64,000 nt of DNA from Pseudomonadales bacterium (GCA_022825925.1 JAJDVW010000165.1:479-64478); one strand, 5' to 3'; counted from the stretch's first letter, positions 15,626 to 25,075 are shown. Made by a program: numbers and translations. Notes: a model not told the origin generated them from the sequence alone.

Positions 15626-17398
15626 TCACTCCAGCGTCAACGGCTCGTGCGTGACGACGGGACGGCGCAGCCGGATCGCCGGCAGCCAGGGCGTCGCCGG
15701 CCCCCGCACCCACCAGTCTCCCGTACGCGCCTTCTCCTCCGGCGTCGTGAAGCGGTACGGATACCGGAGGATGCGCACGTAGGTGGGCCGGGCGCCGTCG
15801 AACGGGTCTGTCAGGAGCCCGATCACGGCCGGCCGCGCTTCGAGCAACGCGAACGCGAGGTCGTACGTCCACGGCGCGCGCTCGGGCGTGGTGAGCGCGG
15901 CGAACCACATCTGCCAGTCGAGCCGCGGCTGGTGCGGCGTCGCCCATCCCGGCGCCCGCGACGGGTCCCCGGGCTTGAACGGAAAGCCGTACGCAGACCA
16001 CCTCTCGCCGTCCGGCGATCCCTCGACCACGAGTTCGTCGCGCCGCGTCGTCATCACGGCGAAGAGCCCGTACGGGTTCGCCAGGCGCAGCGGCCGTACG
16101 ATCTGCGTGAGTCCGGACCCGAACCACGGCTGCCTTGCGACGGACTCCACCGTGACCGCGATGCCGAGGACCATGAGGCAGCCTGCGGCGACCCTCGCGG
16201 CGGTGCGCCCGCCGACGGGCCGCACGCCACGAAACCAGCCAGGCAGCAGCCGGTCGTCCAGCAGCGCGACGCAGAGCACGACCGTCAGCACGTTGAAGAA
16301 GTTGTAGTTGCCGGTCGCGAAGATGAGCAGTTCGAGCAGTACGAAGGCCGCCGCCGCGACGAGTCGCGGGTTGCGCGGCAGGATCACGCAGAACGGCAGC
16401 ACCAGTTCGATGAAGAGCGTGGCAGTCACCGCCCACTCGAGCAGGACGGGAGGCGAGTGATGCGCGTACCAGGCGAGCGCGGTGGGCAGCGGCTGCGTCT
16501 CGAAGTGGTACCCGAGCGCCGTCCCGTCCGCCCACGTGGGATCCCCGCTCGCAAGCTTCACGAAGCCGGACAGGAACATGAAGCGGAAGAGCACAAGGCG
16601 CGTCAGCCAGACACCCGCGGCCGGCGCACGGGCGAGTATGGCGGCGACGACGAAACACTCGATGAGCAGGATGTCCCACTGGTAGGACAGGAACACCTGG
16701 CCGGCGCCCAGCAGCGAGAGGTAGCACGCGTACGCGACCAGGGCCGCAACGCAGCGCCAGCGCCCGCTCAGCGCCACGAGCGTCGCGGCGGTGCCGATGG
16801 CGCACACGACCTGCAGCGCAGGACCCGACGCATCGATCCAGAAGAACGTCGGCAGGAGCCAGTAGCGCTCCAGGCCGCGGGCGTCCCGCACGGCGTCCAG
16901 GTACTCGCCGGCCGGCAGGACGCCCCCGGGGCCGGCGAGACCATCGATCTGCCACCAGAGCGAGACGAAGGCCACCAACCCGCACAGCGCGATGCCGCGT
17001 ATGACGACATCGGCGGTGATCGCATACTCGGCGCGGACCAGCCGGCCGCCGAACAGGACCCGGGAGACCCCCAGGGCTGATCCGCGATGCCGCGCCGTCC
17101 ACCGGTACGCGGCCTCCGCCAGGGCCGCGAAGCCCGGCAGGCGGCGATAGAGCGCCCGCCAGAGGCCCGCGCCGCCCGCCGCCAGCGTACGGAACGCGGC
17201 GTCGGCGCCCCGGGAGCGCCCCGAGTCGGAGAAGAGCCAGATGGTCGCGGCGAATTCGCCCGCACCGATGTCGTCGTATTCGGAGGCGACCTCCCGATAG
17301 GGCCGGTACTCCACGGCGTCCCCGGTCGCCGATGCCGCGTAGGCCACCATGTAGCGGCAGAACGCACAGTCTCCGTCGTAGACGAGGCGCGGCTTCAT
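15626..17398 (-). CDS. DCC1-like thiol-disulfide oxidoreductase (DUF393) fused to a lipase-maturation-factor (LMF1-like) membrane domain
   Basis: The N-terminus VYDGDCAFCRYMV matches the DUF393 motif. It is followed by about 10 hydrophobic segments and conserved FETQPLPT, GNYNFFN and PHQPRLDWQMWFAAL motifs typical of the LMF family. Confidence 0.8.
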   Translation of the reverse strand: MKPRLVYDGDCAFCRYMVAYAASATGDAVEYRPYREVASEYDDIGAGEFAATIWLFSDSGRSRGADAAFRTLAAGGAGLWRALYRRLPGFAALAEAAYRWTARHRGSALGVSRVLFGGRLVRAEYAITADVVIRGIALCGLVAFVSLWWQIDGLAGPGGVLPAGEYLDAVRDARGLERYWLLPTFFWIDASGPALQVVCAIGTAATLVALSGRWRCVAALVAYACYLSLLGAGQVFLSYQWDILLIECFVVAAILARAPAAGVWLTRLVLFRFMFLSGFVKLASGDPTWADGTALGYHFETQPLPTALAWYAHHSPPVLLEWAVTATLFIELVLPFCVILPRNPRLVAAAAFVLLELLIFATGNYNFFNVLTVVLCVALLDDRLLPGWFRGVRPVGGRTAARVAAGCLMVLGIAVTVESVARQPWFGSGLTQIVRPLRLANPYGLFAVMTTRRDELVVEGSPDGERWSAYGFPFKPGDPSRAPGWATPHQPRLDWQMWFAALTTPERAPWTYDLAFALLEARPAVIGLLTDPFDGARPTYVRILRYPYRFTTPEEKARTGDWWVRGPATPWLPAIRLRRPVVTHEPLTLE

Positions 17399-17461
17399 GG
17401 GCGAAGATCATAGCCCCGGAGGCGCCCGCCGCCGGATTCACCGGCCCCCGAGAGGAGAAGC

Positions 17462-19813
17462 ACGATCGCCGCACCGCTGACCGACATCCGCGTCATCGAC
17501 GCCACGACCCGGTGGGGAGAGATGGCCGGACGCATACTCGCCGAACTCGGCGCGGAAGTGATCAAGGTCGAGCCTCCCGGAGGCTGCGAGAGCCGCGCCC
17601 TGCCACCTTTCGCCGGCGACGAGTCCCTCTATTGGACCGCACTCGGGGTCGGCAAGCGCAGCGTCGTGGCGGAGGATCCGACGGTCTTCCTCGACGACGC
17701 GGACGTGTTCGTGGAGTCCCGCCGCACTCCGGGAATCGACGAGCGCTTCCCGCACGTGGTCCACGCCTCCGTGACCCCGTTCGGCACGAGCGGCCCCTAC
17801 GCCGATCTGCCCGCGACGGAGCTGACCGTCGAGGCCGCCGGCGGCCTGGTCGGGCTGCAGGGCAATGCCGACCGCCCGCCCGTGCCGATGGGCGCCATGC
17901 CCCAGGCCGCGTTCCATGCCGGGGCGCAGACCGCCGCCGACATCGTCGTGGCGCTCCATGAACGGCGCACCTCGGGCCTCGGCCAGCATCTCGACGTATC
18001 GGCCCAGGCCGCGGTCGTTTGGACACTGATGAGCGCCACCGGCTATCCGCCCAATGCGGGGACGAATCCGCCGGGCACCAGCGAGTTCCGCGGCACCCGT
18101 CCGGAGCCGGTCGCGCCGGGGCTCAAGCTGCCCTACGTCGTTCCCTGCGCCAACGGCCATGTCCTCCTGTTCTTCCAGATGCCCATCCTCGGCGAACGGA
18201 CGCTGCACCACCTCGTCCGCTGGGTGGAGGACGACGGCGCCGACGTCCCGGCGGACGCCCGCGGAAGGGACTTCCACCGGTGGCTCACGGAGCTTCGCGA
18301 AGGGGGCCTCGATGCCGAGTTGGTCGCCGCGACCGTCGAGTCGTGCCGCGCTTTCGTGCGCGGCAAGACCAAGCGGCAACTGCAGGCGTTCTCCGCGCGG
18401 CACGGGCTCACCATCGCCCCGGTCCAGGACATCGCGGACCTCATCGACGACCCGCATCTCGAAGCCCGCGAGTTCTGGACCGACATCGAGGGCCGGAAGC
18501 ACCCGGGCGCCTTCGCGAAACTGTCCCGGACGCCGCTCTCCTCCGGGCCGGCGGCGCCCCGGCTCGGAGAAATGACCCGGCCGAAACCGCGCCCCCGCCC
18601 CGTGGCCGGCGGGCCCCCGCCAGGCTCCGCATTCGCCGGACTCAAGGTCGCCGACTTCAGTTGGGTCGGCGTCGGACCGATGATCGGCAAGGCCCTCGCC
18701 GACCACGGCGCCACCGTGGTGCGCATCGAGTCGCCCGACCGGCTCGACCTGCTGCGGACGAGGCCGCCGTTCAAGGACAACCTCCCCGGGCCGAACCGCA
18801 CCCAGTTCTTCGCCAATTTCAACAGCTCCAAGCTCGGCATGACCCTGGATCTGAAATCGGCGGCCGGCCGCGAGCTGGCGCAACGCATGGCCGCGTGGGC
18901 CGACGTGGTGGTCGAGAACTTCTCGCCGGGCACCATGGCGCGGTTCGGCATGGACTACGGCACCCTCGCAAGCGCCCGCGACGACCTCGTCATGCTCTCG
19001 AGCTGCATGCGCGGCCAGACCGGCCCGGAAAGGACCTACTCCGGTTACGGCAACCAGGGCGCGGCCGTCGCCGGCATCTTCGGACTCGTCGGATGGCCGG
19101 ACCGCCCCCCGACCGGACCGTGGGGCGCCTACACCGACTTCATCACCCCGCGGTTCGGCGTCGCCGCCCTCGCGGCGGCCCTGCTCCACCGGGAACGCAC
19201 CGGCGAGGGCCAGCACATCGACCTCTCGCAGATCGAAGCCGGAATCCGCTTTCTCGAGCCGCTGATCCTCGACTACACGGACAACGGCCGCGTCGCCACC
19301 GCTCTCGGCCAAGGGTCCCTTCTAGCCTGTCCTCACGGGGTGTTTCCCGCCGCCGGCCACGAGCGCTACGTCGCGGTCGCCGTGGAGTCGGCGACGCACT
19401 GGGATGCCCTGTCACGCGTCCTCGAGCTGCCCTGCCGGTTCGCCGAACGCTCCGACCACGCGGACGCCATCGACGAGCTGCTCGCCCTCTGGATGTGCGG
19501 ACGAGAGCCGTTCGCGGCCGCGGAACGGCTGCAACGCGAAGGGGTGCCCGCGTACGCCGTCCTCCGCCCAAGCGACCTGTACCACGACCCGCAACTCGCG
19601 CACCGCCGGTTCTTCGTGACTCTCGACCATCCGGAGATGGGGCCGACGCCCTACGACGGACCCGCGACGATCTACTCGCGCACCCCGCAGACGCCACGTC
19701 ACGCAGCGCCGCTCCTCGGCGAGCACAACGAGCGCGTGCTGCGGGAATTCCTCGGGCTACCAGACTCCGAGGTTCAGCGGTACCGGGAGGCCGGGGCGCT
19801 GGGCAGGGTCTGA
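17462..19813 (+). CDS. Second tandem (two-module) family III CoA-transferase (start non-canonical or uncertain)
   Basis: Module 1 is (PLTDIRVIDATTRWGE)MAGRILAELGAEVIKVEPPGG and module 2 is FAGLKVADFSWVGVGPMIGKALADHGATVVRIE. The conserved module-1 N-terminus is encoded upstream of the first ATG (17522). GAGAGGAGAAG precedes ACG/ATC at 17462/17465. Confidence 0.8.
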   Translation, partial: TIAAPLTDIRVIDATTRWGEMAGRILAELGAEVIKVEPPGGCESRALPPFAGDESLYWTALGVGKRSVVAEDPTVFLDDADVFVESRRTPGIDERFPHVVHASVTPFGTSGPYADLPATELTVEAAGGLVGLQGNADRPPVPMGAMPQAAFHAGAQTAADIVVALHERRTSGLGQHLDVSAQAAVVWTLMSATGYPPNAGTNPPGTSEFRGTRPEPVAPGLKLPYVVPCANGHVLLFFQMPILGERTLHHLVRWVEDDGADVPADARGRDFHRWLTELREGGLDAELVAATVESCRAFVRGKTKRQLQAFSARHGLTIAPVQDIADLIDDPHLEAREFWTDIEGRKHPGAFAKLSRTPLSSGPAAPRLGEMTRPKPRPRPVAGGPPPGSAFAGLKVADFSWVGVGPMIGKALADHGATVVRIESPDRLDLLRTRPPFKDNLPGPNRTQFFANFNSSKLGMTLDLKSAAGRELAQRMAAWADVVVENFSPGTMARFGMDYGTLASARDDLVMLSSCMRGQTGPERTYSGYGNQGAAVAGIFGLVGWPDRPPTGPWGAYTDFITPRFGVAALAAALLHRERTGEGQHIDLSQIEAGIRFLEPLILDYTDNGRVATALGQGSLLACPHGVFPAAGHERYVAVAVESATHWDALSRVLELPCRFAERSDHADAIDELLALWMCGREPFAAAERLQREGVPAYAVLRPSDLYHDPQLAHRRFFVTLDHPEMGPTPYDGPATIYSRTPQTPRHAAPLLGEHNERVLREFLGLPDSEVQRYREAGALGRV

Positions 19814-19818
19814 CCCCC

Positions 19819-20787
19819 TTACAGCGATTTCAGGAAGTCGAGGAGGGCTCGGTTGACGGCGTCCGGGGCCTCCTGCTGCACCCAGTGGCCGATGCCCGGC
19901 AGCACGACGACATCCCGCAGGCCCGTGACCGCTTCGCGCATCTCGCGCTCCACTTCGTCGTTGAACGGCACCACGTCCCGGTCACCGGCCACGAACAGCG
20001 CCGGCTGCTCGATCTTCCTGCCCTGCAGCGCGGCGGTCAGCACCCAGTTGCGGTCGATGTTCCGGTACCAGTTCAGCCCGCCGCGAAACCCGGCTTTCGT
20101 GAACGCCCGCACGTAGAAGTCGACGTCTTCCGCCGTCAGCCACTCCGGCAGGTCATCGCCCGGATCGGGCATGAACTCGAGCATGTAGGAGGACGCCGGC
20201 GGAGCGCCTTCCGCGCCGAACGCGCCGCCCGAGCGCTCGATGGCCCCGGAGGCGCCGTAGAGCATCTTGCGCATCGTGACCGCGATGTCGTGCTGCAGTT
20301 CGTGCTCGGCGACGCCGGGGGTCTGGAAGTAGAGCTGGTAGAAGAACCGCTCGCCGAAGGCGGCCCGCATGCCCTCGAGGGGAGGCCACGGCCCGCGCCC
20401 GCGGAACGGCACGGACAGGGAGGCGACGGCGCGGAACATGTCCGGCCGCATCTGCGCCGAGGTCCATGCGACGGGAGATCCCCAGTCGTGTCCGATGATG
20501 ACCGCCTGGTCCTCGCCCAGGGCATGGACCAGTCCCACGATGTCCCCCGTCAGGTGCAGGATGGAGTAGGCCGCGATCTGCTCCGGAGCGTCGCTGTCGC
20601 CGTAGCCGCGCTGATCCGGGGCGACGACGTGGAAGCCGGCGTCGGCCAGCGCAGCGATCTGGTGGCGCCAGGAATACCAGGACTCGGGAAAGCCGTGGCA
20701 CAACACGACCAGCGGCCCCTCGCCGGCCTCGGCGACATGCAGGTTGATGCCGTTGGTGGCGATGTTGCGGTGGGTGACGTCGGTCAT
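19819..20787 (-). CDS. Alpha/beta hydrolase, epoxide-hydrolase-like
   Basis: Motifs LCHGFPESWYSWRHQI, APDQRGYGDSD and the nucleophile elbow IGHDWGSPVAW are present. Confidence 0.9.
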   Translation of the reverse strand: MTDVTHRNIATNGINLHVAEAGEGPLVVLCHGFPESWYSWRHQIAALADAGFHVVAPDQRGYGDSDAPEQIAAYSILHLTGDIVGLVHALGEDQAVIIGHDWGSPVAWTSAQMRPDMFRAVASLSVPFRGRGPWPPLEGMRAAFGERFFYQLYFQTPGVAEHELQHDIAVTMRKMLYGASGAIERSGGAFGAEGAPPASSYMLEFMPDPGDDLPEWLTAEDVDFYVRAFTKAGFRGGLNWYRNIDRNWVLTAALQGRKIEQPALFVAGDRDVVPFNDEVEREMREAVTGLRDVVVLPGIGHWVQQEAPDAVNRALLDFLKSL

Positions 20788-20934
20788 CGTGGGCTCCGGG
20801 CGCCGGGGGAGGCGCGCATGCTAACGCAACGTCGGAGCGGAACTCGACGGGGCGGTCGCTGGTCGCTATTGACACGTCCCGGATGCGCGTTACTTTTGTT
20901 GATTCAGTTACGTAGTAACAATGCAGTCGGGGAG

Positions 20935-21204
20935 ATGCCAGTGATCCGGGTGTCCGACCGAAAGATCCGACGCCTGCAGGCTCGGGCCGAACTGCTGAAA
21001 GACACGGCTGACTCTGTGCCGTCGAAGGCGCTGGACACCGCTGAGGGGATACGGGATGCCGGATCTCCAGCGGACGCCGGGGGTGCGACGGGACCGCACC
21101 CGGGTGCATTCGTGGAGCACCTACTAGCCATTCCCGAGGGCGGTGAGGACGGCGACTTCGAGCGCGACGCGACGCCGCCGCGAGATGTCCCGTTGCAAGG
21201 TTGA
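20935..21204 (+). CDS. Orphan VapB/FitA-like antitoxin-like protein
   Basis: The ATG is preceded by GGGGAG in a locally AT-richer stretch. The C-terminus LLAIPEGGEDGDFERDATPPRDVPL resembles the toxin-binding tails of RHH/VapB antitoxins. No toxin gene follows. Confidence 0.4.
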   Translation: MPVIRVSDRKIRRLQARAELLKDTADSVPSKALDTAEGIRDAGSPADAGGATGPHPGAFVEHLLAIPEGGEDGDFERDATPPRDVPLQG

Positions 21205-21240
21205 TCGCCGCCACCGCCCTCGAGAGGGAACTCGTCGTCG

Positions 21241-22650
21241 TTACCCACCCTCCCCCGGCAGCGCCTCCGCCCGCTCCTCCTTCACGAACACCATCAGCGC
21301 CACCCCCGCACCGAGCAGGATGAGGATCGACCCGAAGCCGATCCGCTGGCTGTCGAAGAAGCCGGTGAAGAACGCCACCATGATGGGCGCCACGAAGGCG
21401 GTCACCTGGCCCGAGAGGGCGTAGAGCCCGAAGAACTTCGTCATCTCCCCTTCCGGCGCGATGCGGGCGAGCATCGTGCGGCTGTTCGCGTACGCGGAGG
21501 TGATGAAGAGCGCGAACAGGATCGAGATCAGCAGATACACGATCTCCGGCAGGGTGCGGAAGAACGCGAAGTCCCACACGGGGGCGTCCAGGCCCTCGAA
21601 CTCGATGAAGAAGATCGTCGTCGGCGTGATGGAGACCGCCGCCAGGAGCGCCACGAAGTTGCCGGCGATGGTGAAGACGATCGCCTTCTTCGAGCCCACG
21701 ATGTCGTCCAGCCAGCCGCCGATGAAGCCGCCCGCGATGGCGAACACCGTCAGGAACACCCCGACCAGCAGCCGTTCCGCGCCGCCCCAGGCGAAGACGC
21801 CGGAAGCGTAGATCATGGCGAAGGTCATGATGGCGACCTTGCCGTCGTTGAAGAGCATCCGCGCCAGCAGGTAGAGGGCGATGTTCCGGTACGCGCGCAC
21901 GCGCAGAATCGTCCGGCGGACGTCCGCGAGCCCCTGGCGCACGGCCTCGCGCGCCGCGACTCCGGTGCCGCTCCGGTCCGGCGTGAAGAGAAACAGCGGC
22001 AGCGCGAAGACCACGAGCCACACCGCGCTGATCGGCGCCGCGATGCGGTCGTGCTCGAACGCGGCGGTGTCTAGCCCGAAGAGCACCTCCTCCGGCAGCC
22101 ACTCCCAATCGAGCACCCCCGTCGCCGGCAGCGCGAAGGCGTAGAGCATCGCGACCAGGATGATGAGCGCGCCGCCGTTGCCGAGCGCGAGTCCCCAGCC
22201 CGAGACGGTTCCGAGCCGTTGGTAGGGCACGACGCTCGGCAGCATGGCGTTGTGGAAGACCTCCGTGAACGCGAAGCCGATCCCCGCGGCCGTGAGCGCC
22301 ACCGCGACCGTGACGATGCCGAGGCCGGCTTCGCCCGGGACCGCCAGCCAGAGCAGCAGGATCGCCGGGACCATCATCACGACGAAGGTGGCGATCCAGG
22401 GCTTGCGCCGGCCGACCTTGTCCGCGATGGCGCCCAGGAACGGCGCGAGGCAGGCGGTGGCGGCGCCGGCGAAGCCGTTGATGTAGCCCCAGATCTCCTG
22501 GCCCCGCACCGGGTCCCCGATCACCTCGGTCGAGAAGTACGGCCCGAAGATGTAGATGACGATCAGGATGTAATACGGATTGCGCGCCCACTCGAAGAGC
22601 GCCCAACTGAACTGGCCGAGGGTCCCGGCGTGGGTGGACCGTTCGATCAC
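21241..22650 (-). CDS. MFS transporter, UMF1/Atg22-like family
   Basis: The GTG at 22650 overlaps the upstream TGA (GTGA). The N-terminal WALFEWARNPYY motif is present, as are about 12 hydrophobic segments. Confidence 0.8.
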   Translation of the reverse strand: MIERSTHAGTLGQFSWALFEWARNPYYILIVIYIFGPYFSTEVIGDPVRGQEIWGYINGFAGAATACLAPFLGAIADKVGRRKPWIATFVVMMVPAILLLWLAVPGEAGLGIVTVAVALTAAGIGFAFTEVFHNAMLPSVVPYQRLGTVSGWGLALGNGGALIILVAMLYAFALPATGVLDWEWLPEEVLFGLDTAAFEHDRIAAPISAVWLVVFALPLFLFTPDRSGTGVAAREAVRQGLADVRRTILRVRAYRNIALYLLARMLFNDGKVAIMTFAMIYASGVFAWGGAERLLVGVFLTVFAIAGGFIGGWLDDIVGSKKAIVFTIAGNFVALLAAVSITPTTIFFIEFEGLDAPVWDFAFFRTLPEIVYLLISILFALFITSAYANSRTMLARIAPEGEMTKFFGLYALSGQVTAFVAPIMVAFFTGFFDSQRIGFGSILILLGAGVALMVFVKEERAEALPGEGG

Positions 22651-23621
22651 CCGTACGGCGCGCCCTGCGCGTCCACGTACAGCGCGTAAAGCGATTGGGC
22701 GCCCGTCATGAAGAGCCGGTTGCGCTTCACTCCTCCGAAGCAGAGGTTGGACACGCCCTCGGGCAGGTGGATGGCGCCGATCTTCGTGCCGTCCGGGGCG
22801 AACACGTGCACGCCGTCCTCCTCCGGGCCGGCCCACCCGGCGCTCGACCAGACGTTGCCGTCGATGTCGACCCGGATGCCGTCCGGCATGGCGCGTCCGA
22901 GGTCGCAGAACTCGCGGCCGTTGGCCGCCCGCGTGCCGTCGACGACATCGTAGACCTTGATGTGGTGCGGATGGCCCGGCTTGTGGGACGCCCCCGTGTC
23001 GGTGACGTAGAGCAGGTCGTGGTCCGGCGAGAACGCGAGGCCGTTCGGCTTCTCCATGTCCTCGATCACGACTTCGGCGTCCCCCGTCGCCGGGTCGACG
23101 CGGTAGACGCGGGTCGGCAACTCGAACGGGGCCTTGTGGCCTTCGTAGTTCCAGACGATCCCGTAGCCCGGGTCCGTGAACCAGATGCCGCCGTCGGGGT
23201 GGACCACGACGTCGTTCGGCGCATTCAGGCGGCGGCCCTCGAACCGGTCAAGCAGCACGGTCACCGTGCCGTCATGCTCGGTGCGCGTCACGCGCCGCGT
23301 ACCGTGCTCGCAGGTCACCAGCCGGCCCTGCCGGTCCCGCGTGTTGCCGTTGGCGTTGTGGGAGGGCGCGCGAAACACCGTCACCGCGTTCGTCTCTTCC
23401 GTCCAGCGGAGCATGCGGTCGTTCGGGATGTCGCTGAAGACGAGGTACCGGCCGTCGCCGAACCACGCGGGACCCTCGGTCCAGCGCGCTCCCGTCCACA
23501 GGCGCTCGACCGCCGCGCTGCCGAGGACGTACGGCCGGAACCGCGGATCGAGCACCTCCACCGCGGGATCCGGATAGCGGGTCGGTTCATCCCAGTTCCG
23601 GTCGAGTCGCCGGTCGGTCAT
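22647..23621 (-). CDS. SMP-30/gluconolactonase/LRE-family hydrolase
   Basis: AAGGGAGG lies upstream of the ATG at 23621. Motifs: TEGPAWFGDGRYLVFSDIPNDRMLRW, NGNTRDRQGRLVTCEHG, APNDVVVHPDGGIWFTDPGYG. Confidence 0.85.
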   Translation of the reverse strand: MTDRRLDRNWDEPTRYPDPAVEVLDPRFRPYVLGSAAVERLWTGARWTEGPAWFGDGRYLVFSDIPNDRMLRWTEETNAVTVFRAPSHNANGNTRDRQGRLVTCEHGTRRVTRTEHDGTVTVLLDRFEGRRLNAPNDVVVHPDGGIWFTDPGYGIVWNYEGHKAPFELPTRVYRVDPATGDAEVVIEDMEKPNGLAFSPDHDLLYVTDTGASHKPGHPHHIKVYDVVDGTRAANGREFCDLGRAMPDGIRVDIDGNVWSSAGWAGPEEDGVHVFAPDGTKIGAIHLPEGVSNLCFGGVKRNRLFMTGAQSLYALYVDAQGAPYG

Positions 23622-23649
23622 CGCGTGGTCCTCCCTTGCCCGGCCCCGC

Positions 23650-24294
23650 TCAAAGCGGGATCTCCATCTCCTCGACGAAACCGACCTGCGTGCGGGCGAA
23701 GTCGATGATCGTGCCCTCGAAGGCGCCCACCCGGGCCATCTCCGCCGAGGCGAACGTCGTGTCCCGCTCCGCGATCCAGAGCGACGCGACGGCGTCGCAG
23801 TCCGGCGTGCGTCCACTGCGATAGATGCCCATCCGGCAGTGCGCCTGTTCGTACCGCGGAATCCCGGCGACCGCCCGCACCAGCGGGCCGAGTTCGTCCC
23901 GGTATAGCTCGAAGAACCGTTCCGGGGCGTGCCGCGCCTGGCGGAACACGAGCGCCATCAGCTTGTCGCCGGCGCCCGGCGCGCCGTCCTTGATCACGTA
24001 CTCGTCCGTGATGATCGAGCCCATGCCCGTGACATCGAGGAAGTTCGGCTCGTCGGCGCGCACGGCCTCGAGTTCGGGCGTGCCCACGGTCGCGCGCATC
24101 GCGTCGGTGTCGTCGAACCACACTTCTGCGATGCCGTCGAAGGGGCCGTCGTCCGCGATCGCGTGGTTCTGAACGTAGCGTCTGAGTCCCGGCAGCCGGC
24201 AGACGACCTCGGGATGGCGATTGCGCCAGTAGTCGTGGAACTCGGCCGGCTCGAGGTCGGGCCGACGCTTGAAGAAGGTGGCTTGCTTGATCAC
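23650..24294 (-). CDS. Tandem EthD-domain protein
   Basis: The GTG at 24294 gives VIKQATFFKRRPDLEPAEFHDYWRNRHPEVV...PGLRRYVQNH. A second EthD-like half follows (LMALVFRQARHAPERFFELYRDELGPLV...). Confidence 0.7.
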   Translation of the reverse strand: MIKQATFFKRRPDLEPAEFHDYWRNRHPEVVCRLPGLRRYVQNHAIADDGPFDGIAEVWFDDTDAMRATVGTPELEAVRADEPNFLDVTGMGSIITDEYVIKDGAPGAGDKLMALVFRQARHAPERFFELYRDELGPLVRAVAGIPRYEQAHCRMGIYRSGRTPDCDAVASLWIAERDTTFASAEMARVGAFEGTIIDFARTQVGFVEEMEIPL

Positions 24295-24440
24295 TGACTC
24301 GTCCCGCAGACCCGTCGAATACCCGAAACGGGCAGTGTAGCGGCTGCCGCCCGCCGATACGCAGGTCCGCGTTTGCGTCCTCTGTCCGCTTCCCGCTCTT
24401 CGTGGCACACTGTATTCAACTATGGCATGGATCTGACCCG

Positions 24441-24698
24441 ATGGCAGATCTTCAGGCCGACGTCAGATTCGGCGCTCAGGGGCGACTCGTCGTGCCGGCG
24501 GCCATCCGCAAGGCGCTGGACTTTCACCCCGGCGAACGGCTGATAGCCAGGGTGGAGCAGGACCACCTGGTGATCGAGAAGACCCGTGACGTGGAGCGGC
24601 GTCTGCAGGACCGCTTCCGGCAGGTCGAGGGACGCAGCCTGGCGGAGGAACTCATCCGGGAGCGGCGGGCCGAAGCGCGGCGCGAGGGTCCGCGTTGA
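24441..24698 (+). CDS. vapB: AbrB/SpoVT-type antitoxin (VapB)
   Basis: GRLVVPAAIRKALDFHPGERLIARVEQDHLVIEK is a SpoVT/AbrB swapped-hairpin motif. The stop overlaps the vapC start (TTGA). Confidence 0.8.
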   Translation: MADLQADVRFGAQGRLVVPAAIRKALDFHPGERLIARVEQDHLVIEKTRDVERRLQDRFRQVEGRSLAEELIRERRAEARREGPR

Positions 24699-25075
24699 GC
24701 GCGGTTCTGGACGCCTCCGCGTTGCTGGCCTACCTCCAGCGCGAGCCGGGGCACGACCGAGTCGCGGCCGTTCTTGCGCGGTCCGTCATCTCGGCGGTCA
24801 ACTGGACCGAGGTCATCGGAAAGACGCACTCCGCCGGGCTGCAAACCGAGGACCTCCTCGACAGCCTGGCAAGTCTCGGACTCACGGTGGAGCCGTTTTC
24901 GAGTACCCAGGCGGAGACCGCGGGGCGACTTCTCGAGCGTACCAGGCCGTTGGGTCTCTCCCTGGCGGACCGGGCCTGTCTCGCGCTCGCCATGGACCGC
25001 GGGGAAGTCGCCCATACCGCCGACCGCGCCTGGCTCCGTCTGCGTCCCGAGATCGACATCGAAGCCATCCGCTGA
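24695..25075 (+). CDS. vapC: PIN-domain toxin VapC
   Basis: VLDASALLAYL...(D), ...NWTEVIGK..., ...SLADRACLALA... match the conserved acidic positions of PIN domains. The gene is 126 aa and directly follows vapB. Confidence 0.85.
   Translation: MSAVLDASALLAYLQREPGHDRVAAVLARSVISAVNWTEVIGKTHSAGLQTEDLLDSLASLGLTVEPFSSTQAETAGRLLERTRPLGLSLADRACLALAMDRGEVAHTADRAWLRLRPEIDIEAIR

Noticed and set aside
18019-20934. The 1061-aa plus-strand ORF 18019-21204 as a single large gene.
   Set aside because: Most of it is out of frame with the CoA-transferase and antisense to the hydrolase, and it has an Arg/Pro-rich composition. Only its last 89 codons (20935-21204) look like a real small gene.
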